From NCBI GenBank assembly GCA_963706595.1, contig OY970166.1, positions 32,001-96,000 of the forward strand: a DNA stretch of 64,000 bases, written 5' to 3'. This document shows positions 1 through 9,263 of the stretch, piece by piece. The number at the start of each line of letters is the position of its first letter. Position 1 is the stretch's first letter. The notes under the pieces are model-generated. The model searched no databases, was not told the origin of the DNA, and worked only from the letters and a program-made list of their open reading frames with translations. The translations under genes and the position numbers were made by a program. The DNA is from an uncultured cyanobacterium (GTDB lineage Bacteria; Cyanobacteriota; Cyanobacteriia; Cyanobacteriales; Nostocaceae).

Positions 1-204
1 TGTCGTGATTTTGGGGTTCCTTGTGCCGATGGGATTACGATTGATCTGAAGCTATCTCATCAGGCGATCGCGGAAGCAATTGGTTCAACTCGTGTAACCG
101 TAACTAGGTTACTAGGAGATTTACGTGAAAAAGAGATGATTTCTATCCATAAAAAGAAGATTACCGTGCATAAACCTGTGACTTTAAGTCGGCAGTTCAC
201 TTAA
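1..204 (+). CDS. ntcA: global nitrogen regulator NtcA, C-terminal part (truncated by window edge)
   Basis: Frame 1 translates to [67 protein letters not shown], the CRP-family HTH of NtcA; followed by the usual DUF3084-yqgF genes. Confidence 0.97.
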   Translation, partial: CRDFGVPCADGITIDLKLSHQAIAEAIGSTRVTVTRLLGDLREKEMISIHKKKITVHKPVTLSRQFT

Positions 205-262
205 AAGTCATGAAATTTTGCTAAAATGTGGTAAACTCAGGGGGTCTATCATAGACATTAAA

Positions 263-433
263 GCCTGCCCGTGAACTGCGGGAAAGTAAACGCCCAAGAC
301 TTGAATCAACGGTTCACGGAAACAACACTCGGCCTGTTTTGGCAAACAGGGTGTGCCTGAGAACCCAATTAATTGGGATATACGAGGCAAAATCTTTGTA
401 GAATCTCACTATCCCTAGTAGTGGGAGTATCAA
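263..433 (+). ncRNA. orphan TnpB omegaRNA-like / IS200-IS605 right-end-like structured element
   Basis: Ends TGTAGAATC-hairpin-GAGTATCAA, paralleling the right end of the TnpB element in this window (TGTAGAATC-hairpin-GAGTGTCAA); several internal hairpins; no adjacent tnpB ORF. Confidence 0.55.
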
Positions 434-487
434 AAGGTAATCAATGAAAGTAGTAGGCTGTATCTGGAAGCATTTCGGTAGCTAAAG

Positions 488-1873
488 ATGACCACCGGGT
501 ACATCCTTATCGCAGCAATGTTAATTTTGGGGGGCGTAATTGCCACCGTGGGCGATCGCATTGGCACACGAGTTGGCAAAGCACGCCTCTCACTGTTTAA
601 CCTTCGTCCTAAAAAAACGGCTGTATTGGTAACTATCTTTACAGGTGGATTGATCTCGGCATCAACATTAGGAATTTTATTTGCTGCTGATGAAGGATTG
701 CGGCAAGGGGTATTTGAGTTAGAAGATATTCAAAAAGACCTGAGAAACAAGCGGGAACAGCTAAAAATTGCGGAAACTGAGAAAAGTCAGGTAGAAACTG
801 AATTAAGTACAGCTATTCGTGAACAAAGTAAAGCACAGCAAGACTTGCAGGTAATTAATAAGTCCTTACAAGCAGCTAACGCTAAACAACAAGCAACAGA
901 AACTCAACTTCAACGGACTCAAAAGCAATTAGGTGAAATAGTAAATCAGTATCAACAAGCCTTAACTGAACTGCAAAGCGTTTACAATCAAAGAGAGACA
1001 TTGCAGGGGGCGATTGAAGAACTGAGGGCAGAACGACAACGACTTTTTGCGGAAGCGAAAACAGCTATTAACCAACGCGATCGCAAAATTGCCCAACTGG
1101 ATAGAGTGATCAAAAAACGCAATCAAGAAATTGCGGCGCGAGAGCAAGTGATAGCGACAAGGGAATCTCGCCTCAAAGAATTGGAAAGACAACAGAATTA
1201 TTTAGAAGCAGAAGTCGCAAGGCTGGAAAAATATTATCAGTCATACCGTGACCTCCGTTTAGGTAAGCTGGCATTGGTTCGCAATCAAGTTCTGGCTGCG
1301 AACGTGGTTCGCGTTAATCAAGCCAGTGCAGCTCGTGAAGCAGTCACACAACTTTTGCAAGCAGCTAACCAGAATGCCAATATATATTTAACTGAACCAG
1401 GAGAAAATCCGACAAATAAAGATTTGCTCCCTATTACCCAGAAAAGAGTAGAGCAAATCAGCCAGCAGATTAAAGATGGTCGAGAGTACGTTGTGCGAAT
1501 CTTCTCTGCTGGTAATTACGTTAGGGGAGAAAACCAGATCGAATTTTTTGCAGATGCAGCCCGAAATCAACTGGTTTTTTCAAAAGGTGAGGTACTGGCG
1601 ACAACTACTGCTGATCCCAGAACTATGACATCTTATCAGCTATCGCAAAGACTCGATTTGCTGATTTCTGCTTCGGAATTTCGGGCGCGGAATGCCGGAA
1701 TTGTCGAGGGTGTGTTAAGAGAAGGGACTCATTTACGCTTTTTCTTACAACTAAGACAGTATAATCAACCGTTAGAAATCAAAGCGATCGCCAGTGAAGA
1801 TACATATACAGCAGGACCTTTAAGAATAAAGCTATTGGCAATTTTCAACGGGGTAGTTATTTTTAACACCTAA
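488..1873 (+). CDS. DUF3084 domain coiled-coil membrane protein
   Basis: N-terminal GGVIATVGDRIG..KARLSLFNLRPK motif, two TM segments, long coiled coil; conserved position after ntcA. Confidence 0.88.
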   Translation: MTTGYILIAAMLILGGVIATVGDRIGTRVGKARLSLFNLRPKKTAVLVTIFTGGLISASTLGILFAADEGLRQGVFELEDIQKDLRNKREQLKIAETEKSQVETELSTAIREQSKAQQDLQVINKSLQAANAKQQATETQLQRTQKQLGEIVNQYQQALTELQSVYNQRETLQGAIEELRAERQRLFAEAKTAINQRDRKIAQLDRVIKKRNQEIAAREQVIATRESRLKELERQQNYLEAEVARLEKYYQSYRDLRLGKLALVRNQVLAANVVRVNQASAAREAVTQLLQAANQNANIYLTEPGENPTNKDLLPITQKRVEQISQQIKDGREYVVRIFSAGNYVRGENQIEFFADAARNQLVFSKGEVLATTTADPRTMTSYQLSQRLDLLISASEFRARNAGIVEGVLREGTHLRFFLQLRQYNQPLEIKAIASEDTYTAGPLRIKLLAIFNGVVIFNT

Positions 1874-1923
1874 AACTATAAAATAATTCAAAAATGTATT
1901 CATAGAATTAAAGTGTATTTTTT

Positions 1924-2367
1924 ATGACTTTTAGTGAATTTTCACCAACCCAACCAGTGATTTTGGGCTTCGACCCCGGTAAAGATAAATGTGGTCTAGC
2001 AGTTATGGGACTAGATAGGCAATTGTACTACCACCAAGTTGTGACGGCACAAAAGGCGATCGCCACCATTGAGACATTACGTCAACAGTTTCCTGTTTCC
2101 TTACTGGTCATGGGTAATCAAACCACCTCGAAACAGTGGAAACAGCAACTGAGTGAGGTCTTAGTAGAGCAACTAAGTATCATTTTAGTAGATGAGCGCT
2201 ACAGCACCTTAGAAGCACGCGATCGCTATTGGCAGATGTATCCACCCAAAGGGCTAACGAAACTCTTGCCACAGGGCATGAGACAGCCACCGAGACCCAT
2301 AGATGACATAGTTGCTCTCCTCTTAATTGAAAGATATTTAAATCGCCTGACTACGAGTGTTGACTGA
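1924..2367 (+). CDS. yqgF: YqgF/RuvX family pre-16S rRNA processing nuclease
   Basis: LGFDPG, VDERYST and IDDIVA RNase H-fold motifs. Confidence 0.85.
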   Translation: MTFSEFSPTQPVILGFDPGKDKCGLAVMGLDRQLYYHQVVTAQKAIATIETLRQQFPVSLLVMGNQTTSKQWKQQLSEVLVEQLSIILVDERYSTLEARDRYWQMYPPKGLTKLLPQGMRQPPRPIDDIVALLLIERYLNRLTTSVD

Positions 2368-2375
2368 TAACTGAT

Positions 2376-2672
2376 CTAAAGTTCAGCCCTAATAGTAAAA
2401 GCATAATCTCCTCCAGGCTCTAACTGATAATCCTGTTGTTCCAAGAAGCGACCAAGGGGTTCTTTAATCAAGGCGCGACCTTGGGAAGGCTTCACAGACA
2501 GTTCTCCTCGGCGAAAATGCCATTGGAAATGCCACTCGAAGGAACCCGCACTTACTTCACCCTCAAGAAAGCCGAGTTGCCACGATTGACGGATAATTCT
2601 GACATGGGCGGTAGTTTCTGGAAGACGTTTGGCACTCACAATGCTTTGTGTCACGTGTGGGATAACAGCCAA
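2376..2672 (-). CDS. DUF3146 family protein (true start possibly GTG at 2639)
   Basis: LPETTAHVRI...GRALIKEPLGRFLE..DYQLEPGGDY, a conserved cyanobacterial small protein. Confidence 0.8.
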   Translation of the reverse strand: MAVIPHVTQSIVSAKRLPETTAHVRIIRQSWQLGFLEGEVSAGSFEWHFQWHFRRGELSVKPSQGRALIKEPLGRFLEQQDYQLEPGGDYAFTIRAEL

Positions 2673-2726
2673 ATAAATAGGCTACTTCTTTTATTTACCA
2701 AACTTATCTAAAATATACAAATTGAC

Positions 2727-3374
2727 ATGGACAAGACCGTAGCTGACCTTCGCAAAGATTACACCTTAGAAGGTTTGAGTGAAACCGAGATTCACCCTAA
2801 TCCGTTTATTCAATTTAAAAAATGGTTTGAGCAAGCACTAGCAGCCCAACTTCCTGAACCTAATGCCATGACTCTGGCTACTGCTACACCAGATGGTCAG
2901 CCTTCAGCAAGAATGGTATTACTGAAAGATTTCGATGAACGAGGCTTTGTTTTGTTCACCAACTACAACAGTCATAAAGGACAAGAACTAGCAGCAAATC
3001 CCCAAGCAGCTTTAGTTTTTTGGTGGGCAGAATTAGAACGCCAAGTCAGAATTGTGGGAACAGTTGAGAAAATTTCTTCAGAACAGTCTGATAGTTATTT
3101 CGAGATGCGTCCGCCCAATAGTCGCTTGGGTGCGTGGGCTTCTAATCAAAGTGAAGTAATTGTTGGGAGGGAAATTTTAGAACGACAATTGCAAGAATTC
3201 CAGCGCCAATATGAAAATCAGGAAGTTCCTCGTCCACCTCATTGGGGAGGCTACAGAGTTATCCCCAGAGAAATTGAGTTTTGGCAAGGTCGCTCCAGTC
3301 GTCTGCATGACCGCTTGTTATATACTCATTTGGATAACAATGGCATTTGGAAAATTGAGCGCTTGTCGCCTTGA
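2727..3374 (+). CDS. pdxH: pyridoxamine 5'-phosphate oxidase
   Basis: [16 protein letters not shown] and [13 protein letters not shown] motifs. Confidence 0.97.
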   Translation: MDKTVADLRKDYTLEGLSETEIHPNPFIQFKKWFEQALAAQLPEPNAMTLATATPDGQPSARMVLLKDFDERGFVLFTNYNSHKGQELAANPQAALVFWWAELERQVRIVGTVEKISSEQSDSYFEMRPPNSRLGAWASNQSEVIVGREILERQLQEFQRQYENQEVPRPPHWGGYRVIPREIEFWQGRSSRLHDRLLYTHLDNNGIWKIERLSP

Positions 3375-3515
3375 TATCATGTCCGTTTAATTCGTTACGA
3401 TTACCACAATCATGTCACGCCACCCCCAACCCCTCCCCGCAAGCGAGGAGGGGAGATAAAGCAAAGCTTTGGCAGAGGTTTTCGCGTTTTGTAAGTATTC
3501 AACCGGACTTGATAT
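3374..3515. repeat. MITE-like element carrying a CCCCTCCCCGCAAGCGAGGAGGGG hairpin
   Basis: Imperfect terminal inverted repeats ATATCATGTCCGTTT / AACCGGACTTGATAT; the internal hairpin recurs at about 8001, 9203, 32038 and 33843/35483. Confidence 0.7.
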
Positions 3516-3556
3516 GAAGACTGAGGCAATTAATTTGGAATTTGCAATTTTAAAAG

Positions 3557-3635
3557 TAGGGTGTGTTGTCGCGTAGCGCAACGCACCATCCTAAATTATC
3601 GGTGCGTTAGGACTAACGTCCATAACACACCCTAC
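3557..3635. repeat. GTAG-type REP doublet (REPIN-like)
   Basis: GTAGGGTGTGTT...AACACACCCTAC inverted ends with internal palindromes; related half copy at about 51480-51512. Confidence 0.65.
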
Positions 3636-3657
3636 CTTTTCACCCCTGCTTCCCTGC

Positions 3658-4557
3658 TTACTCCGTGGCTACTTTGGGATCAGGTGCAAACTGAACCCTG
3701 GGATCTGGCATAAAGGTATATCTCAGGTAAATTCCGCCCCAGATGAAGAGGATAATTAACAAACCACCAATACCCAGGGGACTAGGTAGCCAAAATACTA
3801 CTTCTATGTGGTTGAGTTCACCGGGTTTGAGCTGCCATACTAATTGCTGTCCTTTCTTTTGCGGCTGGATCGCAGTTTCAGTTTGTTGAATATTTTTGGC
3901 TCCCCAAGGGGTTTTTAAGCTAAATTCTAGGTCGAGAATTGACCCCGTATCAGATAACACGTTACCTCTGCTGGCAATTAAGGAGAGCGATCGCAAGTCT
4001 AAATCATAAATTAATCGATTCCTCACTAACAGCACAAAATTGTTCTGATTGATGAGTAAATTAGATTCAATTTTCGGTAGTTCTGACGCAGATGCTTTCT
4101 GCAAAGCCTCAGATTTTTGATTAGTCCGAGAGTTGAAAAAATCATTAAATTTCTCTTGCAACTCTTGACCATTACTGAAGGGAATTTTCACAATAATTTC
4201 TTCTGGAGAAATCCGTTGTGTTTTACCTCCTAGTTGACGGGTGCGCCGTTCTATGCTGTGTAACCATTCATATACATAATCACCACTAAAACTGGTGAGT
4301 CGTTCTCCCAATTTAATATGCTGTACTATTTCGCCATTATTGGCATTATTGAAGGTAACACCGGCATCGTACTTGACACAACCAGTTAGCAGCAGTGACG
4401 ATAACAGAACTAGCCACAAAATAGGATTTTTGAGCGGAAAGATCCGACGAATGAGATTCCGACCAATCAGCTTGATCAATAATGCCATTTTGATCAACAC
4501 AAAACTTAATGCTCTGATGAATCTCACTAAAATCTTTCTGAAAATAGAATAATTCAT
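3658..4557 (-). CDS. DUF3153 domain lipoprotein (true start probably downstream)
   Basis: LLTGCV lipobox, C-terminal WLPSPLGIG plus TM helix. Confidence 0.8.
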   Translation of the reverse strand: MNYSIFRKILVRFIRALSFVLIKMALLIKLIGRNLIRRIFPLKNPILWLVLLSSLLLTGCVKYDAGVTFNNANNGEIVQHIKLGERLTSFSGDYVYEWLHSIERRTRQLGGKTQRISPEEIIVKIPFSNGQELQEKFNDFFNSRTNQKSEALQKASASELPKIESNLLINQNNFVLLVRNRLIYDLDLRSLSLIASRGNVLSDTGSILDLEFSLKTPWGAKNIQQTETAIQPQKKGQQLVWQLKPGELNHIEVVFWLPSPLGIGGLLIILFIWGGIYLRYTFMPDPRVQFAPDPKVATE

Positions 4558-4782
4558 ATATAGGAACCACCAAGGACGTTAAGACATAAACGGATAATCA
4601 AACTTAGACACCAAAAGAGTTTTAACCCACTCCCCAGAAGAAGCAGGGGAGCAGGGCGCACCGGAGTAAGGGGGAGTAAGAAATTATTTTAAACTTCCGG
4701 TTACTTAACAAGCATTCTTCTTCTCCCCTGCCCCCTGCCCCTTTTCCTCTTCTCCCTACTCCCCAGCTATATCTCCCAAAAA

Positions 4783-5301
4783 CTAAAAACTCAACCAAGC
4801 CAAGTACGAGAGTGTTAACACAATAACAATTAGTGCTACCCCAATAAAGCGATTATCTTGGGTATTCACTTGGCTAAGGTCTTCTAATTCTGGTTCAGCA
4901 GGTGCTTGACGAGAAGCTTTTGCGTAATTTCCAGATGCCCGAATTTTGGCATCATTATCAGACAATGTGCCTAAATCTGGGATTTCCGTCATCCACTCAC
5001 TGGGGCGTTGGAGTTTCGGGGCTTTTAAAATATAAAGTAAATCCTTTGCTTGTTTACTCGTTTCTGGAAAAGGATGGCGTTGGAGTTGTTGACAAAGGGC
5101 GATCGCTTCTTCTGTGCGCCCGGCTGCTTCATAAGCTGTTACCAGCCAAATTTCAACTTCACCTCCAAGGCGAGAATTTCGAGATAACAAGGCGCTGGCT
5201 TTTTCCAGATTTTCCACAGCTTCTCGATATTTCCCATTTTCAAAGTTAAGTTTTCCAGCCTGATAACGACTTCTGGCAATTTCTAAACTTTCTGTACTCA
5301 C
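4783..5301 (-). CDS. TPR-containing membrane-anchored protein
   Basis: TPR-like helices, APKLQRPSEW motif, C-terminal TM. Confidence 0.75.
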   Translation of the reverse strand: MSTESLEIARSRYQAGKLNFENGKYREAVENLEKASALLSRNSRLGGEVEIWLVTAYEAAGRTEEAIALCQQLQRHPFPETSKQAKDLLYILKAPKLQRPSEWMTEIPDLGTLSDNDAKIRASGNYAKASRQAPAEPELEDLSQVNTQDNRFIGVALIVIVLTLSYLAWLSF

Positions 5302-5435
5302 GTTTTACACACCAATCAGCACTACTTTTAATTTGTCGATGTCAGCAATTTTCTGAGAATTTTATGAACATCTGACACAATGGAAGTTAATCAACTTAAA
5401 ATTTTAACCAAGTAGCTGCGGCTTTTAGGTATCAA

Positions 5436-5960
5436 ATGCAGGTGAGCAAAAATATGCTAAAAATCAAGCATTTACCACTGAATTGGCTGGGAATGGGAAT
5501 AATTTGCGCTGTAATCAGCGCTACAATTACTCCAGTCGCTGCCCAGAACCTCATCATCATTAATAACTCTGTGAGGATTAATCAGTCGCCTGCTGTTGGT
5601 TCTTTTATTTATGGTAGTCCGATTCCTACCCCCATGCCTGTAAATCCAGCGACAGGGTTAGTTCCCAGGTGTAGCAGGAATCGCGAATATTGCTCCTATC
5701 CCGTTTTCAGGCAGAATGTGAACAGTAATTTTGGGTTAATTAATCCCACACTAATTAATCCTGTAATTCGTGACTCCACCCTAGTCAATCCAGTGATTTT
5801 CAATAATTCACGGCAAACTACACCATTGAGAAGGCGATCGCCAGTGAAGATGAATCGGCATCGTGTCAGATCCACAGGGCGATCTGCTGGTAGCGGTGCT
5901 TCGCGATCGCCCTTAATTTTGAACTATCCCAGGTCAAACTCAGAATACTCACCGTTTTAA
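5436..5960 (+). CDS. hypothetical secreted protein
   Basis: Signal-peptide-like N-terminus, [10 protein letters not shown] and repeated LINP motifs. Confidence 0.6.
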   Translation: MQVSKNMLKIKHLPLNWLGMGIICAVISATITPVAAQNLIIINNSVRINQSPAVGSFIYGSPIPTPMPVNPATGLVPRCSRNREYCSYPVFRQNVNSNFGLINPTLINPVIRDSTLVNPVIFNNSRQTTPLRRRSPVKMNRHRVRSTGRSAGSGASRSPLILNYPRSNSEYSPF

Positions 5961-6850
5961 GTGAACTGAGAACCAAGGATCATCGTGCCAATACCACCAT
6001 CAGTAAATACCTCTAGTAATAGAGCGTGGGGAATACGACCATCAATGATATGTGCTGCACTTACGCCTTGAGCAAGCGATCGCACACAACAATTCACTTT
6101 TGGAATCATCCCACCGCTAACGATACCATTGGTAATCAGTTCACGGGCTTGGCGAATATCTACTTTCGGAATCAAGCTAGATGGATCTTTGTAATCTTTG
6201 AGAATACCTGGTGTGTCAGTCAGTAAAATTAACTTTTCCGCACCCAAGGCTGCCGCAATTTCCCCAGCCACAGTATCAGCGTTAATATTGTAAGCTTGTC
6301 CCTTCTCGTCTGTGGCTACACTAGACACCACAGGAATATAGCCATTACTAGAGAGAGTTTCCAAAATTTTGATATTTACACCACTGACTTCCCCCACAAA
6401 CCCGATACCTTCTTGATCCTGGGGACGGGCTGTAATCAAATTACCATCCTTACCACACAGTCCCACCGCCAAGCCCCCAGCCCGGCTAATCAGGGAAACA
6501 ATTTCTTTATTAACTCGACCCACCAAAACCATCTCCACTACATCCATAGTGGGCGCATCGGTGACACGCAGACCATTTTTAAATTGTGCTTCAATACCCA
6601 GTTTAGTTAACCAACTATTAATTTCCGGTCCACCACCATGTACCAGAATGGGACGTAAGCCAACGCAGGATAAAAAGACAATATCCCGCATTACTTTGTC
6701 TTTCAGGGTGCTGTCTTTCATGGCTGCACCACCATATTTGACAACAACAGTCCGACCCACAAATTGTTGAATGTAAGGTAGGGCTTCGCTGAGTACACGG
6801 ACACGAGTAGCTTCCGTTTCCCTGATATATTCCGAATCGTTATCCATCAC
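5957..6850 (-). CDS. argB: acetylglutamate kinase
   Basis: [23 protein letters not shown] and GGMIPKV motifs. Confidence 0.97.
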   Translation of the reverse strand: MMDNDSEYIRETEATRVRVLSEALPYIQQFVGRTVVVKYGGAAMKDSTLKDKVMRDIVFLSCVGLRPILVHGGGPEINSWLTKLGIEAQFKNGLRVTDAPTMDVVEMVLVGRVNKEIVSLISRAGGLAVGLCGKDGNLITARPQDQEGIGFVGEVSGVNIKILETLSSNGYIPVVSSVATDEKGQAYNINADTVAGEIAAALGAEKLILLTDTPGILKDYKDPSSLIPKVDIRQARELITNGIVSGGMIPKVNCCVRSLAQGVSAAHIIDGRIPHALLLEVFTDGGIGTMILGSQFT

Positions 6851-6995
6851 GAGGAGCTATTGAGATTTAAAACTTATTTAGTCAGTTTAGAAGAATTTGG
6901 AACCTGCAACAATCTTTCCGAATTCCTGGTTCTTCTCTGGGGCTTCCTTTGCTGCGAGGACAGTTTTCCATTACAGCATTATCAAAGTTTCCGGC

Positions 6996-7033
6996 TCCCT
7001 CTCCTTAGTAAGGAGAGGGTTGGGGTGAGGTTT
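6996..7033. repeat. REP-like hairpin CCCTCTCCTT-AGT-AAGGAGAGGG with GGGGTGAGGTT tail
   Basis: Palindromic stem; same family at about 32098 and 32221. Confidence 0.7.
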
Positions 7034-7072
7034 TCTAGGGATTTATACAAAATCCAGATGCTCCCAATCCCA

Positions 7073-7921
7073 TCAACCGCCGCCCATATTCATCGCCGCT
7101 AACATTGCTTGCTGACTTACCTGTTTATAAACAGTATCTAAATATTTCGTCACCACATCACCAGCCGTGGAACTTACGGTACTTTCTTCAGTTTTGGCTA
7201 AAGGAATCGCCCCCAATAAATCTAATACCGTTTCGCTACCCGACGGCGCAATCACAACTAAGGAAGACTCTAGCGGTTCATGATATTGCCAAAAATCATT
7301 AAGGTTAACAGAGGTTTGGGGTTGAGTCGTCGGCTGTTTAACATCAGATGTTTCAGGTCCTGTCACTTCCACCTTAGCACCGCGTAATTGACGTAAATCA
7401 CTGATAATTTGCTCTTTGGTGCGGCCGCGTAATTGAAACAGCACAAACGGATCTTCACTGAAGCGATCGCCTAACTGATAGTATACAGCACCAATGTGTT
7501 TACAAGGATTTGCTTTATCAGGACAAGAGCATTTACTGTGAACATCAGACAATGTAAACGGAAACAAAGACAAACCATTGGACGTAAACACTTCCTCAAT
7601 ATTTTGCGGCATTTCCCCAGCTAACAGCTTCGCGGCAAAAATTGCTCTTTGGGACATAGTTTCAATTACATAACCCCATTCTTCCTCACTAAAATTGTCA
7701 ATAGAAAGAGAAACCTTATAAGGATCAGGTTCACTACCTTGGACTCTAGCTAAAACCTTTGCCCCTTTAAACTCAATATTTAAAACATTACCCTGACGAG
7801 AATAATTTCTCGCCCGTTCTAAACGCTTTTTAAACCGATAAGAATCGAGTAACTCCAGCCACTTTTGTGACCACCATTCTCTACTTGCTTGTAAAGTATC
7901 GTTATTCATAAATAAATGCAA
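7073..7921 (-). CDS. SWIM zinc finger protein (partner of SNF2 helicase)
   Basis: CSCPD..NPCKH SWIM motif; DPFVLFQLRG. Confidence 0.9.
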   Translation of the reverse strand: MHLFMNNDTLQASREWWSQKWLELLDSYRFKKRLERARNYSRQGNVLNIEFKGAKVLARVQGSEPDPYKVSLSIDNFSEEEWGYVIETMSQRAIFAAKLLAGEMPQNIEEVFTSNGLSLFPFTLSDVHSKCSCPDKANPCKHIGAVYYQLGDRFSEDPFVLFQLRGRTKEQIISDLRQLRGAKVEVTGPETSDVKQPTTQPQTSVNLNDFWQYHEPLESSLVVIAPSGSETVLDLLGAIPLAKTEESTVSSTAGDVVTKYLDTVYKQVSQQAMLAAMNMGGG

Positions 7922-7966
7922 AACTTTGGCTCAGGTATACAAGCAAAATCCTAGTAATAAAAGGCT

Positions 7967-8052
7967 TATAGCCTTTACTAATCACATAAGGTACATCATA
8001 GCCCCCTCCTCGCTTGCGGGGAGGGGGTTGGGGGTGGGGTTCTTGTACCTAA
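7967..8052. repeat. MITE/REP-like repeat overlapping the Rpn stop codon
   Basis: Matches the reconstructed empty site of the copy at 33809-35546 through TCTTGTACCTAAA. Confidence 0.8.
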
Positions 8053-8984
8053 AAATATACATTATTTGATAACCAATTTCGCAAATCTTCCGCAGTATTT
8101 AAATCAAATATTGCCTCTCCTAAAGCCTCAATAACTTCTATATTTAGACTCCTAATTTCAGTGTCTAATTCACTATCAATTTGTCCAATTTTTTTATTAA
8201 TTTGACGGAGAATTAAATTTTTTTCTCTTTCAATACCTCTTTCAATACCTGTCTCAATTCCCTCTTCCATCCAACTGGTGACAATTTGCATAACTTCCTC
8301 CTTCTCTTCCTTGATTAATGTACCTATTTCTGCTTGAAATTTCTCTTCTTCTATTTTATTCAATCTCAAATACGTGTCAATGAACCCTGATATCAATTGC
8401 ATTTTAGCTGGATTTAATTTTAAGGTAACTAATAACCTTAAACATTCTGCTTTGACTTTTGGCCTATCTTCTGGTGCTATATTCATTTTTGACATCAAAG
8501 CCGATGCAACTGGATTTGGACGAATTAAAAAGTCCCGCCAGTTAAGTTGATTCAGTTGCACTACTTGATAATTAAATTTTAGCACTTCAAAATCAGGAAA
8601 GTTGATTTGATAGTTATTCACGGCTACGGTTTTGGGTGAGTCGTAGGAAAATATAACTATCGGATATATTGGCAAATCCAATTTTTCATCTAATCTCGCA
8701 AAATAACGGAACATTCTTTGATTAAATTTCGGTCTTGCACCTGATTCGGCTTCAATATGAATCACAAAGTAAGAAGGTTGACCGAGAAATTTAACTTTAA
8801 CTATTAGGTCAGTTTCATATTTGTCGCCTGCGGTGACATCCGTAAATATTTCTTTGTCTAAAAATGTAATCGATGTGGTGTCTATATATTCGATAACTTG
8901 AGGAAAGAATAATTCTAGAAACTCTACGAAAAAATTTGATATTAGTTCTTTGAATAAGCGGTCATGGTCTATCTTGTTTGTCAT
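8049..8984 (-). CDS. Rpn/YhgA-like PD-(D/E)XK nuclease with DUF4351-type C-terminus
   Basis: DHDRLFKEL, TDLIVK..HIEAES nuclease motifs, RMFRYF, EEGIETGIERGIERE repeats. Confidence 0.88.
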   Translation of the reverse strand: MTNKIDHDRLFKELISNFFVEFLELFFPQVIEYIDTTSITFLDKEIFTDVTAGDKYETDLIVKVKFLGQPSYFVIHIEAESGARPKFNQRMFRYFARLDEKLDLPIYPIVIFSYDSPKTVAVNNYQINFPDFEVLKFNYQVVQLNQLNWRDFLIRPNPVASALMSKMNIAPEDRPKVKAECLRLLVTLKLNPAKMQLISGFIDTYLRLNKIEEEKFQAEIGTLIKEEKEEVMQIVTSWMEEGIETGIERGIEREKNLILRQINKKIGQIDSELDTEIRSLNIEVIEALGEAIFDLNTAEDLRNWLSNNVYF

Positions 8985-9040
8985 CTTGTTATCTTAGTAA
9001 AGAAAATTGAAAAAAAGCTTTAATTGCGCTCCTATTTTCA

Positions 9041-9250
9041 TATAGCTTTTCCTAATCATATAGCCATCCTATTTGATTTATGAATTTATCGAACCGCCTT
9101 CGCGCAGCGTATGCCCCCAGGGCTTTAGTCGCCAAGGTCGCCAAGTGAAGAAGTAAAGAGGTTTAGAAATGATTTAGGACGGATATATAAGCTATATCAT
9201 AACCCCCTCCTCGCTGGCGGGGAGGGGGTTGGGGGTGGGCTTCTTATACT
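9041..9250. repeat. second copy of the same MITE with a different MITE nested at 9059-9187
   Basis: Outer TATAGCTTTTCCTAATCA...CCCCCTCCTCGCTGGCGGGGAGGGGG; inner element TATAGCCATCCTA...TAGGACGGATATA at a duplicated TA. Confidence 0.7.
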
Positions 9251-9263
9251 ATTTTATTGTTCT

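Noticed and set aside
208..390. 60-aa minus-strand ORF
   Set aside because: No recognisable motif; it lies antisense to the structured omegaRNA-like element and has no TnpB similarity.
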